A DNA stretch of 64,000 bases from an uncultured Chloroflexia bacterium (GCA_963797095.1 CAWCNY010000002.1:704001-768000); one strand, 5' to 3'. Shown: positions 48,572-59,292, counted from the first letter of the stretch. Translations and numbers: made by a program. Notes: a model not told the origin generated them from the sequence alone.

Positions 48572-49384
48572 CTACTCCGTATTATGGTGCACATACATAG
48601 ACTGTATCCCAAGCCTCCCCGGCCCCGTCATCCTCACAAGATTGATCTTATGCGCCCCGAACAATCCCTGGCTGATAGGGATCGCCTCCACATTCATCTG
48701 CACCGAAGCGTCCTTATACAAAAACGCCCCAGGCTCGATCTGAATACTCTCCCCCGGCTGTAACATCTTCTCAAACACATTCCCATACCCATGCAGCAGC
48801 AACAACCCCGGCTCATTCCCGGTCACGAACCGGTCCATAAAAGCCCCTTGCCCGCCAAACAAAATATTCCGCAACCCCTGTATCCGCACATACGAATAAT
48901 TGATATGGTGTGAGGCCAGCACAAAAGCGTGCTCTCTCACATCCAACTCAATCCCAGGGTGCAGGGGCATCACCACCAGCTCTCCCGTCGCATCCCGCGA
49001 AAACGCCACCCGTCCCGGCCCATGTGCCAGGCTGATAACGAACGGCATCCCTGCCAGCGCCCTCTTACCCAATCCCCCCGCCAGCGGCATCACCGACACC
49101 GGCACCCGGTCTTCCTTCCATAGCAACACGTGGTGCTCAAAAAACACCGCGTCCCCCTGCGCTATATTCATCTCAGCCACCGGCACGATCTCTCCCTCCA
49201 CCTGGCACGTGCTGTTCCCGAAATGTATCTCCGTCATATCCCGGATACGCGGGGCTTCCCTCCACCCCGACTCGCTTACCAAATTCTTAATATCGAGCGG
49301 TGCCCCGCAAGCCCAACAGCTAAGCGCGTTAGGGTAATTCTGACTCCGGCACCACTCACAAACAATCCTCTGCAAAGTATCCAT
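48572..49384 (-). CDS. AIM24-family protein with N-terminal zinc ribbon (paralog)
   Basis: CEWC..CWACGAP, GPGRVAFS, LFGGQG, MTGPGRLGIQSM. Confidence 0.85.
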   Translation of the reverse strand: MDTLQRIVCEWCRSQNYPNALSCWACGAPLDIKNLVSESGWREAPRIRDMTEIHFGNSTCQVEGEIVPVAEMNIAQGDAVFFEHHVLLWKEDRVPVSVMPLAGGLGKRALAGMPFVISLAHGPGRVAFSRDATGELVVMPLHPGIELDVREHAFVLASHHINYSYVRIQGLRNILFGGQGAFMDRFVTGNEPGLLLLHGYGNVFEKMLQPGESIQIEPGAFLYKDASVQMNVEAIPISQGLFGAHKINLVRMTGPGRLGIQSMYVHHNTE

Positions 49385-49576
49385 GCAAACCCCCCAAAAA
49401 TAATGCAATTGGGCCTAGCCGTGTGCCCATAACAATATACCCCTATAGCCCCGCAAGGCCAACCCTAAAATGCGATCCTCGAATTTCGAACCCCTATTCC
49501 AAACTCCGCACTCCGCACTAAAGAATCCTTCGCCAACTCTTCGCCTCTTCGTGTTCCAAAATCCAAAATCCAAAAT

Positions 49577-50968
49577 TCACCTCATCAGCCTCCGCACAGC
49601 CCGATTATGCTCCTCCAACAACCATCTCATCTCCACCCCCACCAACTGCCCCTCCCACACCCTCACCTCCCCATTGATCACACTGAACTCCACATTAGGC
49701 GGATGGCAAAACACCAGCGCCGCCAGCGCATCGTGCACCGCCCCGCCCGCCATCCCCAGCGTATCCACCCTGTACCCAACCAGGTCCGCCGCCATCCCCT
49801 CGGCCAGGTACCCCACATCTTCCCTCCCAAGCACCTCTGCCCCTCCCCTGGTCGCCATCCTCAACACCCCTCGCGCCGTGGTCGCTCCGGGACTTCCCAC
49901 CATCGTCCACCTTCCTCCCTCCCCGGTCCACTCCCCAACCAGCCTGTGTACCAGCAACGCCTGCCTCGCTTCCGCTAGCAAATGCGACCCATCGTTCGAT
50001 GCCGACCCATCTACTCCCAACCCCACTCGCGCCCCCGCCCTCAATAACTCTCTCACCGGCGCGATCCCCGACCCCAATCGCATATTCGACGTAGGACAAT
50101 GTGCCACCCCCGTCCACGTCCCGCCCAACCTCTCTATCTCCTCCGACGATGGGTGCACCATATGCGCGTGCCACACGTCCTTCCCCACCCATCCCAACTC
50201 CTCCGCGAACTCCACCGGCGACTTCCCGAACTTCGCCCTGCAATAGTCGTCCTCATCCCGCGTCTCCGCCAGATGCGTATGCGCGTGCACTCCATAAGCC
50301 CGCGCCATCTTGATGCTCTCCCTCATCAAATCCGCTGACACCGTAAAAGGCGAGCATGGCGCGACCACCACCCTCAACATCGACCCCCAACCCCTATCGT
50401 GATAAGTCTCGATCACCCGCATCGAATCGCTCAAAATCACCGCCTCGTTCTCCACCACCCTATCCGGCGGCAATCCCCCCTTGCTTTCCCCCACCGACAT
50501 CGACCCCCGCGCCGCGTGAAACCTCACCCCCATCTCCTGTGCCGCCATGATCTGGTCGTCCACCCTCGACCCGTTCGGCCAGATATACCCGTGGTCGTTC
50601 GTCGTCGTACACCCCGACAGCATCAACTCCGCGATGGCCGTCTTCGCGCTCACATACACCGCCTCAGGCGTCAAATTAGCCCACACCGGGTACAACGTCC
50701 TCAACCAGTCGAACAGCACCGCGTTCTGCGCCCCCGGCAAACACCGAGTCAAAGTCTGCACAAAGTGATGGTGCGTATTCACCAACCCCGGCATAACCAC
50801 CATCCCCCGCGCATCAATTACCCGGTCCGCCTCCTTTGGGAGCCTCTCCGAAGGTCCCACCCCCTTTATCACATTCCCCTCAACATACACCCCACCATCA
50901 GCCCACTCCCGACCATCATCATCAAACGTAGCCACCAACACAGCATTGTTCACCAGCAAACTACCCAT
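49577..50968 (-). CDS. 8-oxoguanine deaminase/AtzB-like amidohydrolase
   Basis: PGLVNTHHHFVQTLTR, RGSMSVGESKGGLPPD, APCSPF, HTHLAET, HCPTSNMRLGSG, GLGVDGSASND. Confidence 0.88.
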   Translation of the reverse strand: MGSLLVNNAVLVATFDDDGREWADGGVYVEGNVIKGVGPSERLPKEADRVIDARGMVVMPGLVNTHHHFVQTLTRCLPGAQNAVLFDWLRTLYPVWANLTPEAVYVSAKTAIAELMLSGCTTTNDHGYIWPNGSRVDDQIMAAQEMGVRFHAARGSMSVGESKGGLPPDRVVENEAVILSDSMRVIETYHDRGWGSMLRVVVAPCSPFTVSADLMRESIKMARAYGVHAHTHLAETRDEDDYCRAKFGKSPVEFAEELGWVGKDVWHAHMVHPSSEEIERLGGTWTGVAHCPTSNMRLGSGIAPVRELLRAGARVGLGVDGSASNDGSHLLAEARQALLVHRLVGEWTGEGGRWTMVGSPGATTARGVLRMATRGGAEVLGREDVGYLAEGMAADLVGYRVDTLGMAGGAVHDALAALVFCHPPNVEFSVINGEVRVWEGQLVGVEMRWLLEEHNRAVRRLMR

Positions 50969-51096
50969 CTCAATACCTCCCCTCCCAACCTCAAACCTCA
51001 AACTCCACACTCCTCATTCCACACTCCCAAAGAACCTTCGTGGCCTTCGTCCACTCTTCGCCTCTTCGTGTACCAAAATCCCAAAATCCAAAATTC

Positions 51097-51645
51097 CTAC
51101 TGCACCATCCCGAACCTCTTCCCCTTCTTCGTCATCCTCACAAAATACCTCAACCTTTTCTCAAACTCCTCCGGCCTCCCCCGCGCCCCCTCTATCCACC
51201 CCACCCTGATCCTCCTATAACTCTCCGGAAACCGCTCATAATTCTCCCAAACCTCAGGGTCCTCCCGCAAAACCTCCAAAATATCCTCCGCCACCACAAA
51301 CTCCTCCTCCAATGCATCCCCCAGCGCCTCCAACCCCGTCTTCGTCATCTTCCCCGCCTCAATCAACCGCCTCGCCCTCTCCTTATTCATCGGCGACCAC
51401 CCACTCCTGGCTCCTCTCGGCGTAAATCTCTGCGCAAACCTCTCCCCGTCGATATCCTTATTAGTGCTATCTATCCACCCAAAACAAAGCGCCTCCTCCA
51501 CCGCATCGTTATAAGCGATCCGCCCCTTGCCGCTTCCCTTCCGATAATAAACCAGCCACACGTCCGGCTCCCGATCGTGATTCTCCTCCAACCACGCCCG
51601 CCACTCCTCCCTATCCGTAACATACAGCGTCTTCGTAATCTCCAT
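51097..51645 (-). CDS. YdeI/OmpD-associated family protein
   Basis: WRAWLEENH, AVEEALCFGWIDS, QRFTPR..SGWS..NK. Confidence 0.88.
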   Translation of the reverse strand: MEITKTLYVTDREEWRAWLEENHDREPDVWLVYYRKGSGKGRIAYNDAVEEALCFGWIDSTNKDIDGERFAQRFTPRGARSGWSPMNKERARRLIEAGKMTKTGLEALGDALEEEFVVAEDILEVLREDPEVWENYERFPESYRRIRVGWIEGARGRPEEFEKRLRYFVRMTKKGKRFGMVQ

Positions 51646-51984
51646 AACAAACCACCTCTCCCAATCTCGCAGCCTCAATGCCTATCTTACAATATCGCCC
51701 AAACCAGACGTAAGTGCCCACAATACAACCGGAAGAACCCAATTAGAGACAAGTCCCGGAGGGATGAAAGAACGTAGCCCAATGCCAAAGCCCTGTGGAT
51801 GACGCACTCCACCCTCTGCTTAGCCCTGCATGGCCCCAAGCACTCAGGAATCGCCTGGGAAAATATGACCACCCATCTACGCTAAAAGGAAATAACAAGC
51901 CCAACCACAAATAACTGGCTTGTTCCCACCCCCACAAAATCCTTCGTGCCCCTCCCTAACCCCTTTCCCTATCGAATCGCCACT

Positions 51985-52554
51985 CTACTCTAGCACCCTC
52001 AAATTGATTGAGATAAACAGCATCAAGTACGCCAGAAAGAACACACTGAAGAACGTGTGGTACTTTTCACTCCTGGTATAAGCCGCCACCAGGTTCAGCA
52101 CGAGCATTATCGACAGGAAGATCACATAAATCCAACCCTGCGCCACAAAGTGATCCCACCCCTTAAGCAGCGTATCCATCGCATCCAGCGGCACAAGCAG
52201 GGTGGCCAGCGCAAAGAACGGCCTGTGATTCGCATAGAAATGCTTCTTCAAGTCCGTCCCATCCTCCAGAGGCTCTGGAAACAATAGCACCGCCAGCAGG
52301 AACGATACCGTCGGGCTGAGCAGCACAAACAGAAATATGAAGAATGTCCATTCAGTCTGCGTGTGCCATCTGAAAAGGATCCACCAGTTCAGCACAATAA
52401 ACAAGAATAAATTCAACGACCACACCAGGTGTACCCAGTACACACTTATTCGCCCGTGGGCGTGCAAAAGCTTCCCGATCCCCGTCAACAATCGCGTAAT
52501 CCCAAGCCCCAGCACAATCGAGGTCAGTATCGCCAGATAACTGAAAGTCTCCAC
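51985..52554 (-). CDS. Multi-TM hypothetical membrane protein
   Basis: GTG start after GGAGGT; FSYLAILTSIVLGLGITRLL; about six TM helices. Confidence 0.75.
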   Translation of the reverse strand: METFSYLAILTSIVLGLGITRLLTGIGKLLHAHGRISVYWVHLVWSLNLFLFIVLNWWILFRWHTQTEWTFFIFLFVLLSPTVSFLLAVLLFPEPLEDGTDLKKHFYANHRPFFALATLLVPLDAMDTLLKGWDHFVAQGWIYVIFLSIMLVLNLVAAYTRSEKYHTFFSVFFLAYLMLFISINLRVLE

Positions 52555-52730
52555 GCTAAAACCTCCGCCCATAAGGGCGACTACGCAACAGACTATCTGA
52601 TCTCTATCCGTAACAGCCCGTTGTACCCTTCTCTTTCCACCGCCTCTTCCCGTACCGGAAACCAATCTCCGAAATATCCCAGCCCCCAGACAATGAGCAC
52701 ACCTACTCGTCACTCGTCACTCGCCACTCG

Positions 52731-53315
52731 TCACTCCTCCACCTCATCCGGCCTAACCACCAGGCTCTCATATGAAGCCCCCAGCAGCGGCACCAGCACA
52801 ATCGCCGAGATCGCATTCGAAATAGTAACCGGGTAGAACTCGCTCCACGCCTCCTCCAGATTCCCCACATTCGGGTCTACCCAGATATCCGTCACCGATG
52901 CGAACCCCATCCCAACCACTATCCCCAATAGCGCGAACCCGGTCGCTATCGCCAGGTTCCCACCCTTATCCAGGCGGTTGACATAATAAACCGTCAGCCC
53001 CGCCACCAACCCCATCAACCCATTACCCACATCCCAATTCCAAATAAACCCATACCCCGACAACAAATCCCCGATCAAGTTCCCCGCGAACCCCACTACA
53101 AACCCCACCACCGGTCCGAATGCCGCCCCAAAAAAGAGCGGTATCGCCACCCCCGGCCTGATCGTGCTGTTGAACGGCCCCGGTATCTTCAGCCCCGAAG
53201 TGGCCCAGCCGAACAACCCGTACAGCACAGCCCCCACTGCCATAGCCAGCAGCTCCCGAGTGCCCACCGACCACGGGTTCTTCCTGCCCTCGTCTCTCAC
53301 CGCCGTTCGCCTCAT
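52731..53315 (-). CDS. ECF transporter S component
   Basis: ELLAMAVGAVLY, IRPGVAIPLFFGAAFGPVVGFVVGFAGNLIGDLL. Confidence 0.85.
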   Translation of the reverse strand: MRRTAVRDEGRKNPWSVGTRELLAMAVGAVLYGLFGWATSGLKIPGPFNSTIRPGVAIPLFFGAAFGPVVGFVVGFAGNLIGDLLSGYGFIWNWDVGNGLMGLVAGLTVYYVNRLDKGGNLAIATGFALLGIVVGMGFASVTDIWVDPNVGNLEEAWSEFYPVTISNAISAIVLVPLLGASYESLVVRPDEVEE

Positions 53316-53580
53316 CTAGCTCTCTCTCCCCAAATCCACCCATCCCCTTGCACAGCCGCCACGCGAAAAGCAATAAGCCTTCCGCTCTCCGTTCACTGCC
53401 TACTATTCTCAATCAACCGCTCACATCCACCACAATTCACCGTTCGATACACATCAATTGCTGATTGTCGGCCATTGTAAACCACCTATCATCCCCTGTC
53501 AACAGCCACCCAATCCGATTCCTCAATAGCTCAGCCAATCCATTACTGCCGATAATATTGCGCCTGTGCTATATCAAAAG

Positions 53581-53615
53581 AGCCAAGAATGGCGGCGCGT
53601 CCACCATTCTTGGCT
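53581..53615 (-). terminator. Hairpin downstream of hsp20, related to the dispersed hairpin family
   Basis: AGCCAAGAATGG..CCATTCTTGGCT stem followed by a T-tract on the minus strand. Confidence 0.6.
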
Positions 53616-53643
53616 TTCCTAGATCAACCAACTTTTCCAGAGC

Positions 53644-54219
53644 CTACTTCTGCTCTGTCGATTCGCCCGCTGGTGTCGGAGATTTGATCTCGATCTTGCG
53701 AGCCTGGGCCTTAGCTTCCGGCAGCTTTGGGAGCGTGAGCGTAAGCACACCGTTGTCAAACCTGGCATCTATATGCTCGACATCGATCCCCTTTGGTAGG
53801 GTAATGGCCCGGCGGAACGACCCATAAGATCGCTCCATCCTGTGGTACCCTTCACCCTTGCTTTCACTCTCCGACTTCTTCTCGCCCTTGATCAGAAGCG
53901 TATTCTCCTGCACCGTGATCTCGACCTCCTTAGGGGCTATGCCCGGCAGTTCGGCTGTTACGACGTACCCGTTGTCGCCTTCGCGAATATCAATCGCCGG
54001 AGTAAATCGGATGCCATTTGTCCTCGTGCTCGGTCCCGTTGTCCAGTTCCATCGCGGTCCAAAGAACCCGGCCAGCAGGTTGTCCCACTCCTGCATCCAG
54101 TTTGTCATCTCTCGATACAGGCTCGGCATGGACGGAAATGTGTCCGTATAGTCTGCTGTATTCTTGATGATAGGGCTTGTAGTCTCACCGTTCTGACGTA
54201 CAATATCCTTCGTATTCAT
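53644..54219 (-). CDS. Hsp20/alpha-crystallin small heat-shock protein
   Basis: PAIDIRE, AELPG, ERSYGSFRRAITLP, ARFDNGVLTLTLPK. Confidence 0.95.
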   Translation of the reverse strand: MNTKDIVRQNGETTSPIIKNTADYTDTFPSMPSLYREMTNWMQEWDNLLAGFFGPRWNWTTGPSTRTNGIRFTPAIDIREGDNGYVVTAELPGIAPKEVEITVQENTLLIKGEKKSESESKGEGYHRMERSYGSFRRAITLPKGIDVEHIDARFDNGVLTLTLPKLPEAKAQARKIEIKSPTPAGESTEQK

Positions 54220-54281
54220 GTCTCAAATCCTCCTTTCATCAAAATATCCGTGATGGGTCTCAGAGAGTCTCACCCGTACTT

Positions 54282-54308
54282 TTAGCACTCGACATAAGAG
54301 AGTGCTAA
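54282..54308. promoter_or_regulatory. CIRCE element (HrcA operator)
   Basis: Perfect TTAGCACTC-N9-GAGTGCTAA upstream of hsp20; minus-strand TTGACA at 54341-54336. Confidence 0.96.
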
Positions 54309-54378
54309 TTAATATATAGCAAAGTCCATCTCGCTTGTCAAGACCTCAAACGGCCTCATCCCGCAGAAGATCGCACTT

Positions 54379-55389
54379 CTAAACCACCTCCACAAACACC
54401 TCTTCCACAACTTCCAATCTTCTTTTCTCCCCCTCTCCATCCCCATCCCACCGCAACGGCAAATTCACGATCCTCCTCCAAATCTTCCAGGCCCCCTCGT
54501 ACTTCTCCCCTTCCGCTCCATCAAACCACGCGCTCAACGGCGGGTACAAATTCGTCGCCTCCACCCTCCTCTCCACCAACCTCCGCGTCACCCGATCCCT
54601 CACCTCCTTATCCCTCGCCAGCACGCCATACTTCCACACAGGCAGCACCTCCCCCACATGCTCCACCCCTTCCATCCACAGCCTCTCCCGATATCCCCGC
54701 GCCACTCTCAACCTCCCCTCAATCTCCTCCCCCAACCCCTCCACCACCCGAACAATCCTCTCACAATCCGCCCCTACGGAATACGCAGTGCGTAGTCTGT
54801 AATCCTCCCTCACCCTCTCCAACAACTCCAAATCATCCCCAAACACCGCCCCACCACCTCCGGCATCCCCAACCTTTCCCCTCCCAAAACTAACCACCGA
54901 GCAAACCCCCAGTCCACCCCCCTGCCCCTCCGCGCCCTTTGACGCTCCAAGGCCAACCATCTCATTCCGAACTCCGAACTCCGAACTTCGAACTCCCCCC
55001 TGCGCTGCGTCCTCCACCACCACCAACCCATGCCTCTCCGCAAACTCCTTCAACGCCTCTCCATCCACCTCCCCGCCAAACAGCGGCACCGCCAGCAACA
55101 CCTGGCACCCCTCGCCAACCACCCTCTCACCCGACCCCATATCCATCCCTATCCCACCCCTCTGCGCCTCCACATCCGCGAACACCGGCCTCAACCCTGC
55201 TCCCCTCACTGCATGCACGACGTTCGCGCACACCATCACCGGCACAACCACTCCGCTCCCCTTAGGCAACCCCAGCGCCCTCAACACCACCGCCAGCCCA
55301 ACCGTAGCCCGCGAGCACAACATAGCGCCTTGCCTACCCGCCAGGTAAGCAAGGCGCTCCTCACACTCCTTTATCGTCATAAGTCCCAC
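54379..55389 (-). CDS. DegT/DnrJ/EryC1/StrS-family PLP-dependent aminotransferase-like protein
   Basis: PVFADV, VVEDAAQ, SFGRGK..GGGG, VNLPL. Confidence 0.82.
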   Translation of the reverse strand: MGLMTIKECEERLAYLAGRQGAMLCSRATVGLAVVLRALGLPKGSGVVVPVMVCANVVHAVRGAGLRPVFADVEAQRGGIGMDMGSGERVVGEGCQVLLAVPLFGGEVDGEALKEFAERHGLVVVEDAAQGGVRSSEFGVRNEMVGLGASKGAEGQGGGLGVCSVVSFGRGKVGDAGGGGAVFGDDLELLERVREDYRLRTAYSVGADCERIVRVVEGLGEEIEGRLRVARGYRERLWMEGVEHVGEVLPVWKYGVLARDKEVRDRVTRRLVERRVEATNLYPPLSAWFDGAEGEKYEGAWKIWRRIVNLPLRWDGDGEGEKRRLEVVEEVFVEVV

Positions 55390-55428
55390 CGCCTCCCAAT
55401 ACGCAGTACGCAGTATACCCCCACCCGA

Positions 55429-57048
55429 CTATTCCTTCATCGCCCCCACCATGTCCACGCTATACGACCCAAATACCGTCTCCTCTACATGTATTCTCAC
55501 CTGGTCTCCCACAAACTCAAACCTGAACTCTTCTTCGTTCACAGACGGCGACGCCTGCAACTCCCTTCCCGCAAACGTATTCTCGTTCACCCATTCACCC
55601 TTCAATGCCGTCCAGTTCCCATCCATAGGTCCATTGACCCTGTATACGTTGTCCAGCCCTACTATCACCTCCTGTACCCCCTCATCCGTCAAAAGCTTCG
55701 CCGTCGCCGTCACACTTCCTTCCACGAAGCTCATCGTAATCTCCCTCCACCCCACCGGGCTATCCTCGATCACATACGTCTTTCCCGTCACCCCTTTTGC
55801 CGTCTCGCTCAACGCCGCCACCGGCCTCCCAGGATTCGCCCAGTCTTCCACCCTGGCCCGTAACTCCTCATTGACCTTCGGATTATCCGCCAGCATCCCT
55901 TCCGACTTCGCCGCCGGGATCAGATAATCCTTCAATATACCTTCCAGCGGCTGCCACTTGTGCCAGTCAATAGCCGCCGTCATCACCACTACCATATTCC
56001 TCTCGCCTACCACCATGATCTTTTGCTCTCCATACCCCTCTGCCGCATAGTAATTCGGGTACACCCACCACAAATACCCGTAATTCTTATCGTTCTCTCC
56101 TATCGCCTGCACGCTCCTCAACTCCTTCACCCATTCCTCTGGCACTACCTGCTTCCCATCCCACCTTCCATCGTTCAGATACAGCAACCCCAGCTTCGCC
56201 ATATCCAGCGGCCTTATCTCTATCCCATAGCCCCCAAGCGTAATCCCCTGCGGATCTGCGGGCCACACAATATCATCCTCCTTTATGCCAAGCGGCTCGA
56301 ACAACCTCGTTCTTGCGTACTCAGCTGTGCTCATCCCCGTAGCCTTGGTCAATATCGCCGACATCAAATGCACTCCCGCCGTGCAATAAATCATCTTCGT
56401 CCCCGGCGTGGCGTCCATCGGCAAATCAAGTACATACTGCACCCAATCCGCGCTCTGCTCCATTCCAAACCCTATAATATCGTCAGCGCAATTCAACCCA
56501 GGCTGCATACTGATCAGATCCCTGATAGTGATCGCTTCCTTCCGCTCGTCCAGGTTCGCCACCGCCACTCGCGGGAAATACCCCAGCACAGGCTCGTCCA
56601 GGCTCTTGATATACCCCTCCTCCAACGCGATCCCCGTGAGCGCCCCGATCACACTCTTCGTAACCGAGTACACCTGCACCTTCTGGTCGGGCGCGAAAGG
56701 CTGCCGGAACGCATCCAGCACCACATACCCGTTCCGAATAACCGTCATGCTCCTCAAATTGATCCCCTGCTCCTCCACCTGCATCATCGCCGCCAGCAGC
56801 CCCGCAGAATCGATCCCCTGCTCCTCCGGCGTAGATACCCTCCATCCATTAGTCGGCCAGTAATCCCGCCCAACTGCCGCTACAGTAGCGGTAGCCGTCG
56901 GCACCGGCACTGCCGTAGCCGTAGGCACAGGCGTACTCTCCGTTCCGCACCCCACCGCCACCGCCTGCAATACCATCACCCCGACCACCAACCTCGCCAC
57001 CAGTCCCATCCCCAATCTACCGGTATGCATAAAACTCCTGGTTCCCAT
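55429..57048 (-). CDS. Beta-lactamase-family serine hydrolase, probable lipoprotein
   Basis: AVGC lipobox-like, YWPT.GW, SVTK (SxxK), YCT, LFEPLGI, YGYLWW. Confidence 0.88.
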   Translation of the reverse strand: MGTRSFMHTGRLGMGLVARLVVGVMVLQAVAVGCGTESTPVPTATAVPVPTATATVAAVGRDYWPTNGWRVSTPEEQGIDSAGLLAAMMQVEEQGINLRSMTVIRNGYVVLDAFRQPFAPDQKVQVYSVTKSVIGALTGIALEEGYIKSLDEPVLGYFPRVAVANLDERKEAITIRDLISMQPGLNCADDIIGFGMEQSADWVQYVLDLPMDATPGTKMIYCTAGVHLMSAILTKATGMSTAEYARTRLFEPLGIKEDDIVWPADPQGITLGGYGIEIRPLDMAKLGLLYLNDGRWDGKQVVPEEWVKELRSVQAIGENDKNYGYLWWVYPNYYAAEGYGEQKIMVVGERNMVVVMTAAIDWHKWQPLEGILKDYLIPAAKSEGMLADNPKVNEELRARVEDWANPGRPVAALSETAKGVTGKTYVIEDSPVGWREITMSFVEGSVTATAKLLTDEGVQEVIVGLDNVYRVNGPMDGNWTALKGEWVNENTFAGRELQASPSVNEEEFRFEFVGDQVRIHVEETVFGSYSVDMVGAMKE

Positions 57049-57308
57049 CTCGATGCCTCCATTTTACGGCAGCACGCGCGTCCCGCCAGCGCAGGCCGGA
57101 TTCCACCGATTGTATTATGCCCTACATAGGTGAAAACCCTGGTATCAAACCCTTGCAATCAAGTGACAATTCCCTCAATCGCCCAACCCCATCCCAATAA
57201 CCTCTGCTCTCCTACGCCTCTCTGTGTACCAAAACCTGAAATAACCTCCGCTCGCCACTCGCCACTCGTCATCTTGACATCCCTTCCCCCACAAGCTATA
57301 TTCCCACC

Positions 57309-57767
57309 ATGCAAGCAGACATCCTACCCACCCCACCCGACAACCCCGGCTGGAACTACTGCCACACCACCCCTGTGCGCTTCCGCGACATCGACATGTT
57401 CGACCACGTCAACAACGCCGCCTACCTTACCTACATCGAATCCGCCCGCGTAGCCTACTACACCCATATCTCCGGCATCCCCGACCCCCGCGACTTCGAC
57501 ATGACGCTCGCCCACGTCGACATCGACTTCCTCGTCCCCATCTTCTTCCCCGCCACCATCCACATCTACACCCGCACCACCCGCATCGGCACCAAATCCT
57601 GGACCCTCGAACACCAGCTACGCGATGCCCAATCCAACCAGATCGTAGCCACCGCCTCCACCGTCATAGTCCACTACGACCACGAAACCCTTCAATCCAA
57701 GCCCCTCCCCCAGCACATAATAGAGCTCATAGAGCGCCACGAAGGCCGCTCCCTCCGCCCCCGCTAA
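57309..57767 (+). CDS. 4HBT/YbgC-like acyl-CoA thioesterase
   Basis: VRFRDIDMFDHVNNAAYLTYIESAR. Confidence 0.92.
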   Translation: MQADILPTPPDNPGWNYCHTTPVRFRDIDMFDHVNNAAYLTYIESARVAYYTHISGIPDPRDFDMTLAHVDIDFLVPIFFPATIHIYTRTTRIGTKSWTLEHQLRDAQSNQIVATASTVIVHYDHETLQSKPLPQHIIELIERHEGRSLRPR

Positions 57768-58074
57768 TGCCTACCTGACGACCTCTACCCTCTATCGTCC
57801 ACCCTCAACCTCGCCTGCTTCACAACCTCCATCTTCATTCCCTACTCTCTTCATAGGCGTCCGGTCTTGCCGCCTGGCCGGGTGCCATAACCTGGTCACG
57901 ATCCTCCAGCGCGGGTATAATGTCCTGCATCAACCCCACCCGGTCCTATCACAACCAACCCATATCAAACACCCACAAAGCATGACCTAACCTAACACAA
58001 AGCCCATAATCCATAACCCGAACAATAAATCCACAGTCCCAAATTCGAAATCCGCAATCGAAGGAGCCCCAACC

Positions 58075-58878
58075 ATGTGCTACAACCCCACCGACCTACC
58101 CCCCAACCCACCCAATCCCGCCTACGGACAGGCCACCGGCTACGACCTTGAGCTGGTCGCCTCCGACGGTACTCACTTCCTGGGCTACTTCGCCCACCCC
58201 GCCCTCCAACCCGCCACCCCAGACCCCCGCGCCCATATTATCATCTACCCCGACGTGCGCGGCCTCCACAACTTCTACAAACAACTCGCCCTCCGCTTCG
58301 CCGAACAGGGCATCCACGCCCTCGCCATCGACTACTTCGGGCGCACAGCCGGCCTCCACACCCCTCGTGACGAATCGTTCGACTACATGCCCCACGTCCA
58401 GCAGATCCAATTCCCCACCTTCCTCTCAGATGTCCGCTCCGCCGTCGCCTACCTCCAGGACCACGCCACCTCCTCCGGCGCTGCCTCCCCCTCTATCTTC
58501 ACCATCGGCTTCTGCATGGGTGGCGCTCTTTCCCTCCTCACCGCCGCCGAACCCCTCCCCCTCACCGGCGCGATAGCCCTCTACTCCGGCTTTGGCCGCC
58601 ACTTCACCGGCTCCGAAAAAACCACCCTCGACCGCACAGCCGACATCCGCATCCCCGTCCTCGGCCTCTACGGCGGGGCCGACCAGAGCATCACCCCCGA
58701 ACAACTCCAGCAACTCGAAGACAACCTCACCGCCTCCAACACCCCCCACGAAATCCACGTCTACCCCGACGCCCCACACTCCTTCTTCGACCGCAAAGCC
58801 ACAGACTTCGCCGAAGCCTCAAACGACGCCTGGACCCGCATCCTCAACTTCATCTCAACCTACACCCCCACCACATAA
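58075..58878 (+). CDS. Dienelactone hydrolase family protein
   Basis: PDVRGLH, GFCMGG nucleophile, YGGAD, YPDAPHSF. Confidence 0.92.
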   Translation: MCYNPTDLPPNPPNPAYGQATGYDLELVASDGTHFLGYFAHPALQPATPDPRAHIIIYPDVRGLHNFYKQLALRFAEQGIHALAIDYFGRTAGLHTPRDESFDYMPHVQQIQFPTFLSDVRSAVAYLQDHATSSGAASPSIFTIGFCMGGALSLLTAAEPLPLTGAIALYSGFGRHFTGSEKTTLDRTADIRIPVLGLYGGADQSITPEQLQQLEDNLTASNTPHEIHVYPDAPHSFFDRKATDFAEASNDAWTRILNFISTYTPTT

Positions 58879-58880
58879 AC

Positions 58881-59122
58881 GGGATGCAAGGGTACTCCCC
58901 TGCCGGGGAATGTGAATGTGCCCCACCTCTCAGGCACGATTGCTAAGGGGTGCAGGCGGAACAGCCTGCCGGGGGTGAGGAGTTCTACTTCCGCCACCCA
59001 AGCTAAAGGGGGTGCAGGGGTACTCTCCTGACAGGGGGCAGTGGGGTGTCCCCCCAACTCTACTTCCTCTTTTTACTCTCCCCTTTCCCCGAATACGGAG
59101 AGAGGGGCCGGGGGTCTGGGGT
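58881..59122. repeat. Cluster of three degenerate GGGGTGCAGG..CCTG[AC]C.GGG palindromic units plus a CCCCT/AGGGG REP-like hairpin
   Basis: Units at ~58881, ~58945 and ~59005; the same motif lies inside the MITE at 37762-37793. Confidence 0.7.
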
Positions 59123-59292
59123 TTCTCCTGGACACGTATGTTATAGTAGTTAAGTAGTGTATGGACCTCGCCCGCGCCTGAGTTTGGATTCGTCTGCTTC
59201 ATCCTCCACTCGCGAGTTTGCCGTTTCGGCCACATTCCATGCCTAGACTTGATTAGCTCGCAGACGATTGACCGCAGGAGGATGACCACAAA

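Noticed and set aside
58881-59060. Possible CRISPR mini-array (three palindromic units, ~60-bp period)
   Set aside because: Units are too divergent, the spacers share sequence (TCTACTTCC), no cas genes are present, and the same motif occurs inside a MITE
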